The notes: generated by a model not told the origin, from the letters alone. 48,892 nt of DNA from Planctomycetaceae bacterium (GCA_013360495.1 JABWBM010000001.1:1-48892), one strand, 5' to 3'. Counted from the first letter of the stretch, positions 15,627 through 23,777 are shown. Numbers and translations: made by a program.

Positions 15627-17600
15627 ATGGCGAGAATCATGTTGGCAGCGATCGTGCCGATGTTGTGCGCGTGCGGCCTCTGGGCGCAAGGCGCGCTCAC
15701 GATCGAAACGACCGAACTCGACCCCGCCGTTATCGGCGTGCCCTACACCTCGTCACCGCTCCAGGCGTCAGGTGGGTCGGCCCCGTATACGTGGACGGCG
15801 ATGCCAAATTTATTTGCGCCCTGGGTTGCCGTCGACGTGACGCCCTCGGGCGACTCTGTCATCGTCGGGGCTCCGTCGAAACCGCTCCTACTTTCGGTTC
15901 CCGCCGATGCATTCTTCGAAGTCACCGTCACCGACAACTCCGTCCCGCCTCTCACCGTGTCGAAAACCATCTTCGTCAGCGTCAGCGAGGGGTTTACCTT
16001 CGGCTTCGACGCGCTCCCCGACGCCATCGTCGCGGAACCCTATTCCTTCGACATCGCCACCGAGGGAGGCGTCGGGGGAATCACCTTCACGCCGGTCTCG
16101 GTCTTGCCGCCATGGTTGACGCTTTCCGGTTCGACGCTGTCAGGAACGCCTGCCACGGTGAAAACCGAATCGTTCATCATCAAGGTTGTGGATAGTTCCA
16201 CTCCCCCCAAGACCATCCAGGCCAACATCTCCTTGAAGGTCATAAAAAAGCTGGTCGTCACCGGCGTGGACGAGCTTTTCGGTGTCGAGGGCGAGGCGCC
16301 GTCGTCCACGAAGCTCGTCACGAAGATCCTCTGGGGCGTAACACCCTATTCGGTCGAGGCGACCAATCTTCCGCCCGGCATTTCGCTCGACATCCCCGGC
16401 CCCTACGTTTACGGAGAGTCGAAAAGCGTCGTGGTGCTCGGGACGCTCGAGGAGGGCAGCGCCTCCCCTACGCCCTACAAGGTTTCCTGCACCGTCAGCG
16501 ACAGTTCCAACCCGCCGCAAGTCTTCGCCTTCAAAGCGGACTTCTTCGTCTACGACAAGCTGGAGCTGCCCGCGACCATCGAGTTCCCGGGCATCGTCCA
16601 AAACCAGTTCTTTGCAACCGATCCGTACTCCCTGACCGGCGGCACGGCGCCCTTCACTTTCGCACCGAGCGGTATGCCGCCGTCCATCAAGCTCGTTCAG
16701 GACGATGACACGACCTTTCACTTTCAGGGCACGGTCGATTCGAGCGTCAGCTTCGATCTCGTCGTGTCGGACTCCAGCAAACCCGCGCAGAAGGGAACCA
16801 TCGTCGTCGCCATTGACGCCTACGACAAGCTGCTGATCCTCACCAGCACGTTGCCCACCATCGGCGCCGGACAGGCATACGAGGTTGAACTGGTCGGAGC
16901 GGGCGGCACCGCGCCATATTTTTGGCAGACCGAAGGACTCCCCGCGGGTATCGAACTCGTGCAGGACGCGGACCAGTGGAAGCTCGCGGGCGTCGCATCC
17001 GATGCGGCCATCGGCGCGTACGCAGTATCGCTCACCGTCACGGACAGCGCCGACGATGGTGTCCAGAGCGCGCAAACCAAACTCGCGCTCATCGTGAGCG
17101 AGGCGAGCGAAACATCACCGCTCACGATGATCACCACCTTTCTGCCCCCGGCGACAACGGGCGAGCCTTATGTGGCGATGGTCGAGGCAAGCGGCGGAGC
17201 GAAGCCTTACGAGTGGTCGGTCATTGGCCTGCCCGAAGGTATCGAGTCGTATGTGGAGGACGATCGCCTGATCGTCGCCGGCACGCCCGAGGGCGAGGCC
17301 GCTACATTATACGTCAAGGTAACGGCGCGGGACGCATCGAACCCGCAGCAGTTCGCCGACGTCACGTACACCTTGTTCGTGAAGGCGGGCGAAGACGCAC
17401 CCGAAGTTCCCAGCGACACCGGTTTCACCGCCGCACCAGCGGACGTTCTTCTGGGCGCCGCAGCCGCCGGCTGTTCGCTCGCGGGCGACGGCGTGGGACA
17501 TTGTGTCCTCGTTGCGCTGCTGGCGCTCGTGGCCGGAATGCGAGTTTTCAAGCGTCTTGGCCGGACACGAACCGCGTTTGAACGGGCTTGCTGTCTTTGA
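15627..17600 (+). CDS. Exported surface protein A1 with multiple He_PIG-type (putative Ig / cadherin-like) repeats and an AGCS-TM-basic C-terminal tail
   Basis: GGGAGG lies 6 nt before the ATG and there is a signal peptide (...CGLWAQG). Repeats follow the pattern LPxxxxGxPYxxxxxAxGGxxPYxW...LPxGIxL...GTP...TVTDS. The C-terminus reads AAAGCSLAGDGVGHCVLVALLALVAGMRVFKRLGR. Confidence 0.8.
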   Translation: MARIMLAAIVPMLCACGLWAQGALTIETTELDPAVIGVPYTSSPLQASGGSAPYTWTAMPNLFAPWVAVDVTPSGDSVIVGAPSKPLLLSVPADAFFEVTVTDNSVPPLTVSKTIFVSVSEGFTFGFDALPDAIVAEPYSFDIATEGGVGGITFTPVSVLPPWLTLSGSTLSGTPATVKTESFIIKVVDSSTPPKTIQANISLKVIKKLVVTGVDELFGVEGEAPSSTKLVTKILWGVTPYSVEATNLPPGISLDIPGPYVYGESKSVVVLGTLEEGSASPTPYKVSCTVSDSSNPPQVFAFKADFFVYDKLELPATIEFPGIVQNQFFATDPYSLTGGTAPFTFAPSGMPPSIKLVQDDDTTFHFQGTVDSSVSFDLVVSDSSKPAQKGTIVVAIDAYDKLLILTSTLPTIGAGQAYEVELVGAGGTAPYFWQTEGLPAGIELVQDADQWKLAGVASDAAIGAYAVSLTVTDSADDGVQSAQTKLALIVSEASETSPLTMITTFLPPATTGEPYVAMVEASGGAKPYEWSVIGLPEGIESYVEDDRLIVAGTPEGEAATLYVKVTARDASNPQQFADVTYTLFVKAGEDAPEVPSDTGFTAAPADVLLGAAAAGCSLAGDGVGHCVLVALLALVAGMRVFKRLGRTRTAFERACCL

Positions 17601-17626
17601 AAGTGCCTGCTTTGAAAGGACGTGTT

Positions 17627-18586
17627 ATGAAAAGCGCGAAATATCTTGCCGGAGCGTTTGGGAGCGCCGCCTTTGTATTAGCGCTGGGCATTTCACAAAG
17701 CTTGAACATTCAATCCAGCGGCCTTCAGGCGCAGGAAGCCAGCGGCGGCGATGCAGGCACGCTGGCATCGGGCGGCGGCTCCAGCGGCTCGAAAACCGAA
17801 AAAACGGTAGACCCGCAGTTGTTTCGCTCCGTAAGCGACGACGGAGCGGATGCGCCCACAGGACGTGGTTTTTTGCGTATGCCGGCGAGTGAGCCGGTCG
17901 CAAGTTCGGCTCCGGAGCCCGAAACCGGCGAGCCTCCGGCGGAACCGTCGGAACCTGAAACGGAAAGCGGGGGCGCCCACCAATTTTTCGACGCGCCGGT
18001 GGCCGGCAAGTGCGTATTCGTCATCGACGTATCCTTGTCGATGAGCATAACCGACGTGGGCGCCGGCGAGGACTATGACGGCAACGTCGTCAGTAACCTT
18101 TCCCGCCTGATGCTGGTCAAGACGGAACTGATCAACTTTCTCAAACAAAGCGACGAGGGCGACTTCTTCGACATCGTCTGGCTCGCGGGGTCCTCAATTT
18201 GCGGACCCAACACGGACGTCTGGGCAGGAGAATTGGTGCAATGCACCGAGGAGAACCGCGAAGCGGCGATCGAAGCCGTGAAATCCCAAACGATGTGGTG
18301 GGGAACGCCGACGTGGAAGGCGTTACAGCGCGCATGTCTCGAGTATGAAGACGACCTGAGCGTGATGGTGCTGCTGACGGACGGCACGCCTTTCCCCATG
18401 GGAGAAGGTGAGTGGGGCGACTACTCCCACGTCAACGCCATCCACAACGATTTTCCCGGGTGGTTCGCCGGGAAGAAGGACAACGGTTGCAAGCTGATCG
18501 GCGTCCATGTGGGGAGTTGCCCCTACGCCGGAAGCTTCATGCAGGACTGGTGCGCCAGCAACGACGCGACATATGTCCACAAGTAG
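17627..18586 (+). CDS. Secreted von Willebrand factor A (vWA) domain protein B1
   Basis: It has a signal peptide (MKSAKYLAGAFGSAAFVLALG), a Gly/Ser-rich and acidic Pro-rich linker, the MIDAS motif VFVIDVSLSMS (DxSxS) and VMVLLTDG. I prefer ATG 17627 (AAAGGA upstream) to the track start 17588, which overlaps A1. Confidence 0.8.
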   Translation: MKSAKYLAGAFGSAAFVLALGISQSLNIQSSGLQAQEASGGDAGTLASGGGSSGSKTEKTVDPQLFRSVSDDGADAPTGRGFLRMPASEPVASSAPEPETGEPPAEPSEPETESGGAHQFFDAPVAGKCVFVIDVSLSMSITDVGAGEDYDGNVVSNLSRLMLVKTELINFLKQSDEGDFFDIVWLAGSSICGPNTDVWAGELVQCTEENREAAIEAVKSQTMWWGTPTWKALQRACLEYEDDLSVMVLLTDGTPFPMGEGEWGDYSHVNAIHNDFPGWFAGKKDNGCKLIGVHVGSCPYAGSFMQDWCASNDATYVHK

Positions 18587-18613
18587 CCGCACCGCCGTCG
18601 AAAGCGGCGATCG

Positions 18614-21600
18614 ATGACGAAAGGCTTTTCTATGGGCGCGCTCAAGTTCATGATTCTCCTTATCTTCTGTGCGAGCGGCCTTTTCGCTCAAGGCACGCTT
18701 ACCATCGAAACCGAGAAGCTTGAGCCCGCTGTCGTCGGCGTGCCGTACACATCGTCGCCGCTCAAGGTTTCCGGCGGGACTGCGCCGTACACCTGGTCGA
18801 TCAACGGCGCGGCGCAATCGCCGTGGGTGACGCTTCAAAAGGCAGGGGGCGAAACGGTGCTGACCGGCATGCCCGAGAAGCCGCCGGTTCTGTTTTGGGG
18901 GTACCCCGCTCTCTTGACTGTGACATTGGCCGTGACCGACAGTTCGTCGCCGCCGGGAAGCATGGTCGCAGCCGTATACCTTTCGATCAGCGAAGGGTTG
19001 GTTTTCGGTTTTGACGAACTGCCTACTCCGGTCGTCGACCAACCTTACAGCGTCTCGATCAACCCCATTGGCGGCGTCGAACCGTACACGATCTCTGTCA
19101 CGTCCACTTTGCCGCAATGGCTGACTTTTTCCGGCTCGACGTTAAGTGGAACGCCGCCCGAGGTTACGACCGGCGACGCGGTGTCGATCAATGTCACGGA
19201 CAGTTCGAGTCCCCCGAAAGTTATTCAGGCGAAATTCGGGCTCGCGGTGAAGAATAAGATTTCGGTTTTCAATATTGCCACGCTCTCGGGCTTTGAAGGC
19301 AAGCTGCCGTCTTCCGAAACAGTCGCAAACATCACGGGTGGACTCGCGCCATACACCATCGACGCGACAGGACTACCCGCTGGACTCTCCCTTTGGACGG
19401 TGCTTCCGGGGACAAAGTTTCCCGGGGGCGGTACGAGCCTCCCCTTAGGCGTTTGGACGCTGAACGTCGGAGGCGTCCTTGACCCTGGAAGCGGTCTGCC
19501 TGTACCCTATGTTGTCACCTATACCGTCACCGACAGCGCCAATCCGCCACAAACTGTAACCTTCGAGGCTGAATTCATCGTCTATGGGAAGCTCGATCTT
19601 CCTTCCGCCATTACTTTCGATGGTATGGTGACTGGAGAAGATTTTGAAACTGGCGTCTATACTTTCGACAGCGGTGGCTGGGCGCCCTTCACGTTGACGC
19701 CGGGCGGCATGCCCGGCGGCGTGACGCTCGTTCAGGACGATGGCGCGAACTTTCACTTCGAAGGCGTCATCGCGAAGGACGCCGCCTTTACCCTTGCCGT
19801 AGAAGACTCGAGTAACCCGCATCAGACGGGGAGTTTGACCATCATTCTCGATGCAGCTGATAAATTGTCGATCCTGACAGGCACGCTACCGCCTGCCATT
19901 GTCGGTGAAGCGTATGATGTCGCTCTCGCCATCAACGGCGGAATGGCGCCCTATGCGCTGGAGGCGCAAGGTCTGCCCGAAGACATCGAACTCGGCGAAG
20001 ACGCGGGACAATGGAAGCTCACGGGCAGCGCCTCCGACGCCGCCATCGGCGTGTATGCCCTATCCCTCACTGTTACTGACAGCGGCGCCGGCATCGTCCA
20101 AACCGTGCATACCAAAATCGCCCTCATGGTGAACAAGCCAGGCGATGGCTCGCCGCTCTTCCTTTCGACGACCTTTCTCCCCGTCGGGACGACGGACGAG
20201 CAGTACGCCGCAACCGTCGAGGCGAGCGGCGGAGTCGCGCCATATGAATGGTCCGTCGTCGGCTTGCCGTTGGGCATCGAAACGTATGTTGAAGACGATC
20301 GCTTGATCCTCACGGGAACGCCGGAAATCGCCACTCCCATCGCGCATGTTGAAATCGTGGTGCGCGACGCGGACGACCCGCAGCAGGCGGCGAGTGCGAT
20401 CTACCCATTGGTCATAAAAACGAGCGAAAGCGCCGCTCAATCGGACCTCGCATTCACTTCCGGAAACGCCCTGATGAACGCTGCCGCAGCAGCAGGCTGT
20501 TCGATGTCAGGCGGGTCGTCGGGCGGAATTGCCATGACGCTGCTTGCGTTCATAGTCGCGGCGGCCTGTCTCTACGAGCGCGGCCGGAAACCCCGTAGCG
20601 CCCCGATTCATCGTGGCGGATCTCTTTGGAAACTTTCGCCTCGGCCTGGCTCGGTGCGCAGCACCTTGCCTGATCGGCCTCGCGCCCTCAAGCGAGACCG
20701 ATCCTCGTGTGAAAGCACATGTATGAAAGCTGCACAATTTCTCACGGCAATGGTTGGAGTCGCGGCTTTTGCGCTCGCATCCGGCGCATCCTATGGCTTT
20801 GATTTCCCATCCGATCGCTTGCTCGCCGAACACATTCTCGCTGCCGGCGATTCGACGGGCGGAAGTGGCGGCGCCTCGAAAGGAACCGGCGACGGCAAGG
20901 GGTCTGATACCGGTGGCGGAAAAGATTCTGGCTCTGGTGGTGGCAAAAGCTCGGGCGGTGGCGGCGGCTATGGCGCGCCAGCGCAGGGAACCTCGAAATC
21001 GGAGGAACCCCTCGATCCACTATTGTTCCGCTCCGCGAACAGCGACGGAGCGGACGCGCCCACAGGACGCGGCATTCTGCGTATGCCGTCAAGCGACGGC
21101 TCGGGCAATAACGCGCCACCGACAGAGGGCAGCGAGCCTCCAGTCGAACCGTCCGAGCCGGAAATCGAGGGCGGCGTTGACGACCCTCCCTTTTTTGATG
21201 AGCCGATCGAAGGCAAAGCGGTCTTCATCATCGATATGTCTTTGTCCATGAAAGTCACCGACGTCGGCGGCGGCGAGGATTACGACGGCAACGTGGTAGG
21301 CAGCCTCACGCGCTTGATGCTCGTCAAAACCGAACTGATCAACTTTTTGAAGACCATCGACGACAACTTCTGGTTCGACATCGTCTGGCTCGCCGGCACC
21401 TCCGAAGGTCAGGGCGGATCTGCCGGCGATCATTTTGGAGGTTACAGCCAATCGCCCAACACCGACGTGTGGCAGGGCGAATTGGTGCAATGCACCGACG
21501 ACATTCGCCAGGCCGCCATTGAAGAGGTCAAAAACAAGGGGACATGGCCGCTCACGCCCACGTGGAAGGCTCTCTGGCGCGGATGCCAGGAATACCCGGA

Positions 21601-21835
21601 CGACCTCGACATCATGGTGCTGCTCACCGACGGAGCGCCGATTCCAGCGGGCGCGGGCGAATGGGGATCGTCGAATCACATGCAAGCGATCCTGAACGAT
21701 TTTCCCGGCTGGTTTGCGCCGAAGAAGGCAGGAGGCTGCAAGCTGATCGGCATTCATGTCGGTCAGAACGCAAGCGCCGGATCGTTCATGCAGGATTTCT
21801 GCGCGCAGAACGACGGCAAATACATTCATAAATAA
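18614..21835 (+). CDS. A2-B2: second He_PIG-repeat surface protein fused in frame to a second vWA protein (single 1073-codon frame)
   Basis: Residues 1 to ~660 parallel A1, including the signal peptide, the repeats and the tail AAAAGCSMSGGSSGGIAMTLLAFIVAAACLYERGRKPRS. No stop follows. After a ~45-codon linker, the frame continues through an internal ATG (20723) into a full B1 paralogue. Confidence 0.75.
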   Translation: MTKGFSMGALKFMILLIFCASGLFAQGTLTIETEKLEPAVVGVPYTSSPLKVSGGTAPYTWSINGAAQSPWVTLQKAGGETVLTGMPEKPPVLFWGYPALLTVTLAVTDSSSPPGSMVAAVYLSISEGLVFGFDELPTPVVDQPYSVSINPIGGVEPYTISVTSTLPQWLTFSGSTLSGTPPEVTTGDAVSINVTDSSSPPKVIQAKFGLAVKNKISVFNIATLSGFEGKLPSSETVANITGGLAPYTIDATGLPAGLSLWTVLPGTKFPGGGTSLPLGVWTLNVGGVLDPGSGLPVPYVVTYTVTDSANPPQTVTFEAEFIVYGKLDLPSAITFDGMVTGEDFETGVYTFDSGGWAPFTLTPGGMPGGVTLVQDDGANFHFEGVIAKDAAFTLAVEDSSNPHQTGSLTIILDAADKLSILTGTLPPAIVGEAYDVALAINGGMAPYALEAQGLPEDIELGEDAGQWKLTGSASDAAIGVYALSLTVTDSGAGIVQTVHTKIALMVNKPGDGSPLFLSTTFLPVGTTDEQYAATVEASGGVAPYEWSVVGLPLGIETYVEDDRLILTGTPEIATPIAHVEIVVRDADDPQQAASAIYPLVIKTSESAAQSDLAFTSGNALMNAAAAAGCSMSGGSSGGIAMTLLAFIVAAACLYERGRKPRSAPIHRGGSLWKLSPRPGSVRSTLPDRPRALKRDRSSCESTCMKAAQFLTAMVGVAAFALASGASYGFDFPSDRLLAEHILAAGDSTGGSGGASKGTGDGKGSDTGGGKDSGSGGGKSSGGGGGYGAPAQGTSKSEEPLDPLLFRSANSDGADAPTGRGILRMPSSDGSGNNAPPTEGSEPPVEPSEPEIEGGVDDPPFFDEPIEGKAVFIIDMSLSMKVTDVGGGEDYDGNVVGSLTRLMLVKTELINFLKTIDDNFWFDIVWLAGTSEGQGGSAGDHFGGYSQSPNTDVWQGELVQCTDDIRQAAIEEVKNKGTWPLTPTWKALWRGCQEYPDDLDIMVLLTDGAPIPAGAGEWGSSNHMQAILNDFPGWFAPKKAGGCKLIGIHVGQNASAGSFMQDFCAQNDGKYIHK
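20723..21835 (+). CDS. Possible independently initiated vWA protein B2 (internal start within the A2-B2 frame)
   Basis: From ATG 20723 the product MKAAQFLTAMVGVAAFALASG... aligns with B1 from its Met1, including its own signal peptide, the DPLLFRS..DGADAPTGRG.LRMP motif, the MIDAS motif FIIDMSLSMK and LLTDG. The upstream sequence TGAAAGCACATGTATGAAAGC is homologous to the B1 upstream sequence TGAAAGGACGTGTTATGAAAAGC. Confidence 0.45.
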   Translation: MKAAQFLTAMVGVAAFALASGASYGFDFPSDRLLAEHILAAGDSTGGSGGASKGTGDGKGSDTGGGKDSGSGGGKSSGGGGGYGAPAQGTSKSEEPLDPLLFRSANSDGADAPTGRGILRMPSSDGSGNNAPPTEGSEPPVEPSEPEIEGGVDDPPFFDEPIEGKAVFIIDMSLSMKVTDVGGGEDYDGNVVGSLTRLMLVKTELINFLKTIDDNFWFDIVWLAGTSEGQGGSAGDHFGGYSQSPNTDVWQGELVQCTDDIRQAAIEEVKNKGTWPLTPTWKALWRGCQEYPDDLDIMVLLTDGAPIPAGAGEWGSSNHMQAILNDFPGWFAPKKAGGCKLIGIHVGQNASAGSFMQDFCAQNDGKYIHK

Positions 21836-21906
21836 CAGCATTATTCACCATCCGGCGGGGCGGTCCCGCGGGTGATTCTCGTTGTGAGTATTTCAGGAGG
21901 AAAGTG

Positions 21907-22038
21907 ATGAAGCATCTGAATCTCGAAACTCTGTCCGGCGTTATTGGTGGAGCGGCTACAGTGTACACCGGCACAATTACATTCACCGGCTCCCCGACGA
22001 CATCCGGCTGCTTGAAGCGCAATGGACTGCCTTGCTAG
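21907..22038 (+). CDS. Unannotated 43-aa precursor peptide with double-glycine-type leader (bacteriocin/pheromone-like)
   Basis: AGGAGG (21895-21900) lies 6 nt before the ATG. The translation is MKHLNLETLSGVIGG / AATVYTGTITFTGSPTTSGCLKRNGLPC followed by a stop. The leader matches L(-12), L(-7), V(-4) and GG(-2,-1) of the LSxxELxxIxGG consensus. A strong terminator follows 30 nt downstream. The ORF is below the ORF-track length cutoff. Confidence 0.6.
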   Translation: MKHLNLETLSGVIGGAATVYTGTITFTGSPTTSGCLKRNGLPC

Positions 22039-22068
22039 TTCCGGTAAATGCACAGGCTCAACACCACA

Positions 22069-22097
22069 GGAGAGGGCTAGCCCTCTCCTTTTCTCTT
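22069..22097 (+). terminator. Rho-independent terminator after the small ORF
   Basis: GGAGAGGG-CTAG-CCCTCTCC forms a perfect 8-bp GC-rich stem and is followed by TTTTCTCTT. An A-rich tract on the other side may give weak bidirectional function for the convergent M48 gene. Confidence 0.75.
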
Positions 22098-22115
22098 GTG
22101 AGTGCACGACAAACG

Positions 22116-23711
22116 CTACTCGTCTTTTCGGGGCGGAACTGCCTGATTCTCCACCGGTTTGTGACCGTCGTGGGGTGCTGGACCGTCCGGTGCGTCGTCA
22201 TGGTTGTCGTGATGGCTGTCATCGTGCTCCGACGCAAAGCCATGCAGTGCGCGATACAGCCCGTCGCGGTCGCGCCACTTGACGATGATACGCTCGACAT
22301 CTTCGCCGCCGCCTGATTTGCGCTTTTTGGCAGGCTCAAGTTCCGGCTCGGGGGCCGCCGGATCGGCAAAGCCCATACCGACGATCCTCTGGCGCAGGGA
22401 CGTTGCGTCGTCGCTGTCGGGCGGCAACGCTTCGTATACTTCAAGATAGTATTGGCAAGCCCGCTGTCTGTCGCCCATCGCTTCCGCGCACATGCCCGCC
22501 CGGAACTTGGCCATCAGGTTTTCCGGCGCGACCTTTAATGACGATTCGAAGAGTTTCAACGCCTCGCGATGGCGGCCAAGGGACATCAACGCCGTGCCGT
22601 AAAGATAGTCTTCATAAAAATCAGCTCCGTCCAGACTGCGTGCGCGCTCTAAATACTCGACTGCCTGCTTGTGCTCCTCGAGTACGAGATGCGTTTCGCC
22701 CGCCTTCCTCTGGATCAAGCCGTGGGCGGGAAGCATGCTAGCCGCGCGCTTGTAATGCCCGAGCGCGCTGCGATAGCGCTTTTCCGCGCCTGACTCGTCG
22801 CCATTCTCGAACATCGAGGCTGCATCGGCGGATTCCTTGTCGCCTTTGTCCACGAGAGCATAGGCCTCGGAGGTCTTGTTGACGCTGACCATGGCCGAAT
22901 CGAAGGACTCCTTACCCTTCACGTAACCGTTATCGGGCGTGGCCGTGGCGTATTTTTCCTTTTTGTATCCAGAGAGCGTGACGATACGATTGCCCGGCGA
23001 AGGGTGCGTTGAGAGGAAATCCGGCCCGCCACCGCCGCCGCTCACCCGTTCGAGAGTGCGCATGAGATTGATGATGCCGTCGGCTTCGTACTTTGCCTTG
23101 ACCGAGAACTCCATGCCCCATTCATCGGCCTCGGATTCGTTGTCGCGCGAATATTTCAGCAGATAGAGGTTGGCCGCGACGCCGCTGACGGCGGCGATCC
23201 ACTGATAATCCTCAGGCAGCGAAACGGCCAACACCGACACCGAAAGCACCACGAGCAGGTTCGTCGACATGGCGCGAGCGCCGTGCCGCAAAAATACGTG
23301 CGACGCCTCGTGACCGAGCAGGCCCGCCAGTTCAGCCTCGGACTTCATCTCGTTCAATATGCCGCGCGTGACGAAAACATGTCCGCCCGGAAGCGCAAAC
23401 GCGTTTACCAGCGAGTCGTTGACGACATAAAACTGAAAGTCCCAATCGGGAAACTCGTCGTGGCCCTTCTTCTTGATATGGCGGCGGCCCTCGCTCACCA
23501 CCTTCCGGCCGACGCCCTCGACGTAGCTCTTGAGCGCGGGGTCGGGGTATTCGCCTCCAAGCTGGGCGAGGATTGGGGCGACGGCCTCGTCGCCCATGGC
23601 TTTTTCCTCGGCGTAGCTATAGACGACGAACTCCGACTTGCCGGTGATCGGGTTGGTCTGGCACGCGGCGAGCGTGAGAGCCAATGCAGCGAAGAAAATG
23701 CGAATGGTCAT
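22116..23711 (-). CDS. M48-family zinc metalloprotease lipoprotein with C-terminal TPR repeats (BepA/YfgC-like) and His-rich tail
   Basis: It has the lipobox LALTLAAC, the HExxH site HEASHVFLRHG, TPR-like helices in the second half and the C-terminal tail HGFASEHDDSHHDNHDDAPDGPAPHDGH. Confidence 0.8.
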   Translation of the reverse strand: MTIRIFFAALALTLAACQTNPITGKSEFVVYSYAEEKAMGDEAVAPILAQLGGEYPDPALKSYVEGVGRKVVSEGRRHIKKKGHDEFPDWDFQFYVVNDSLVNAFALPGGHVFVTRGILNEMKSEAELAGLLGHEASHVFLRHGARAMSTNLLVVLSVSVLAVSLPEDYQWIAAVSGVAANLYLLKYSRDNESEADEWGMEFSVKAKYEADGIINLMRTLERVSGGGGGPDFLSTHPSPGNRIVTLSGYKKEKYATATPDNGYVKGKESFDSAMVSVNKTSEAYALVDKGDKESADAASMFENGDESGAEKRYRSALGHYKRAASMLPAHGLIQRKAGETHLVLEEHKQAVEYLERARSLDGADFYEDYLYGTALMSLGRHREALKLFESSLKVAPENLMAKFRAGMCAEAMGDRQRACQYYLEVYEALPPDSDDATSLRQRIVGMGFADPAAPEPELEPAKKRKSGGGEDVERIIVKWRDRDGLYRALHGFASEHDDSHHDNHDDAPDGPAPHDGHKPVENQAVPPRKDE

Positions 23712-23777
23712 GTGGAGCCTTTCGTTAGATGCGCGGCATCATAGCAACCTTGAGTATGGCCGCGTATAGTCACGCCT

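Noticed and set aside
20860-20970. A Gly-rich repetitive DNA stretch (GGSGGASKGTGDGKGSDTGGGKDSGSGGGKSSGGGGG), considered as a tandem repeat or contingency locus.
   Set aside because: It is an imperfect low-complexity linker of the B2 vWA protein. B1 has a shorter Gly/Ser linker at the same place. There is no exact unit repeat that would support slipped-strand variation.
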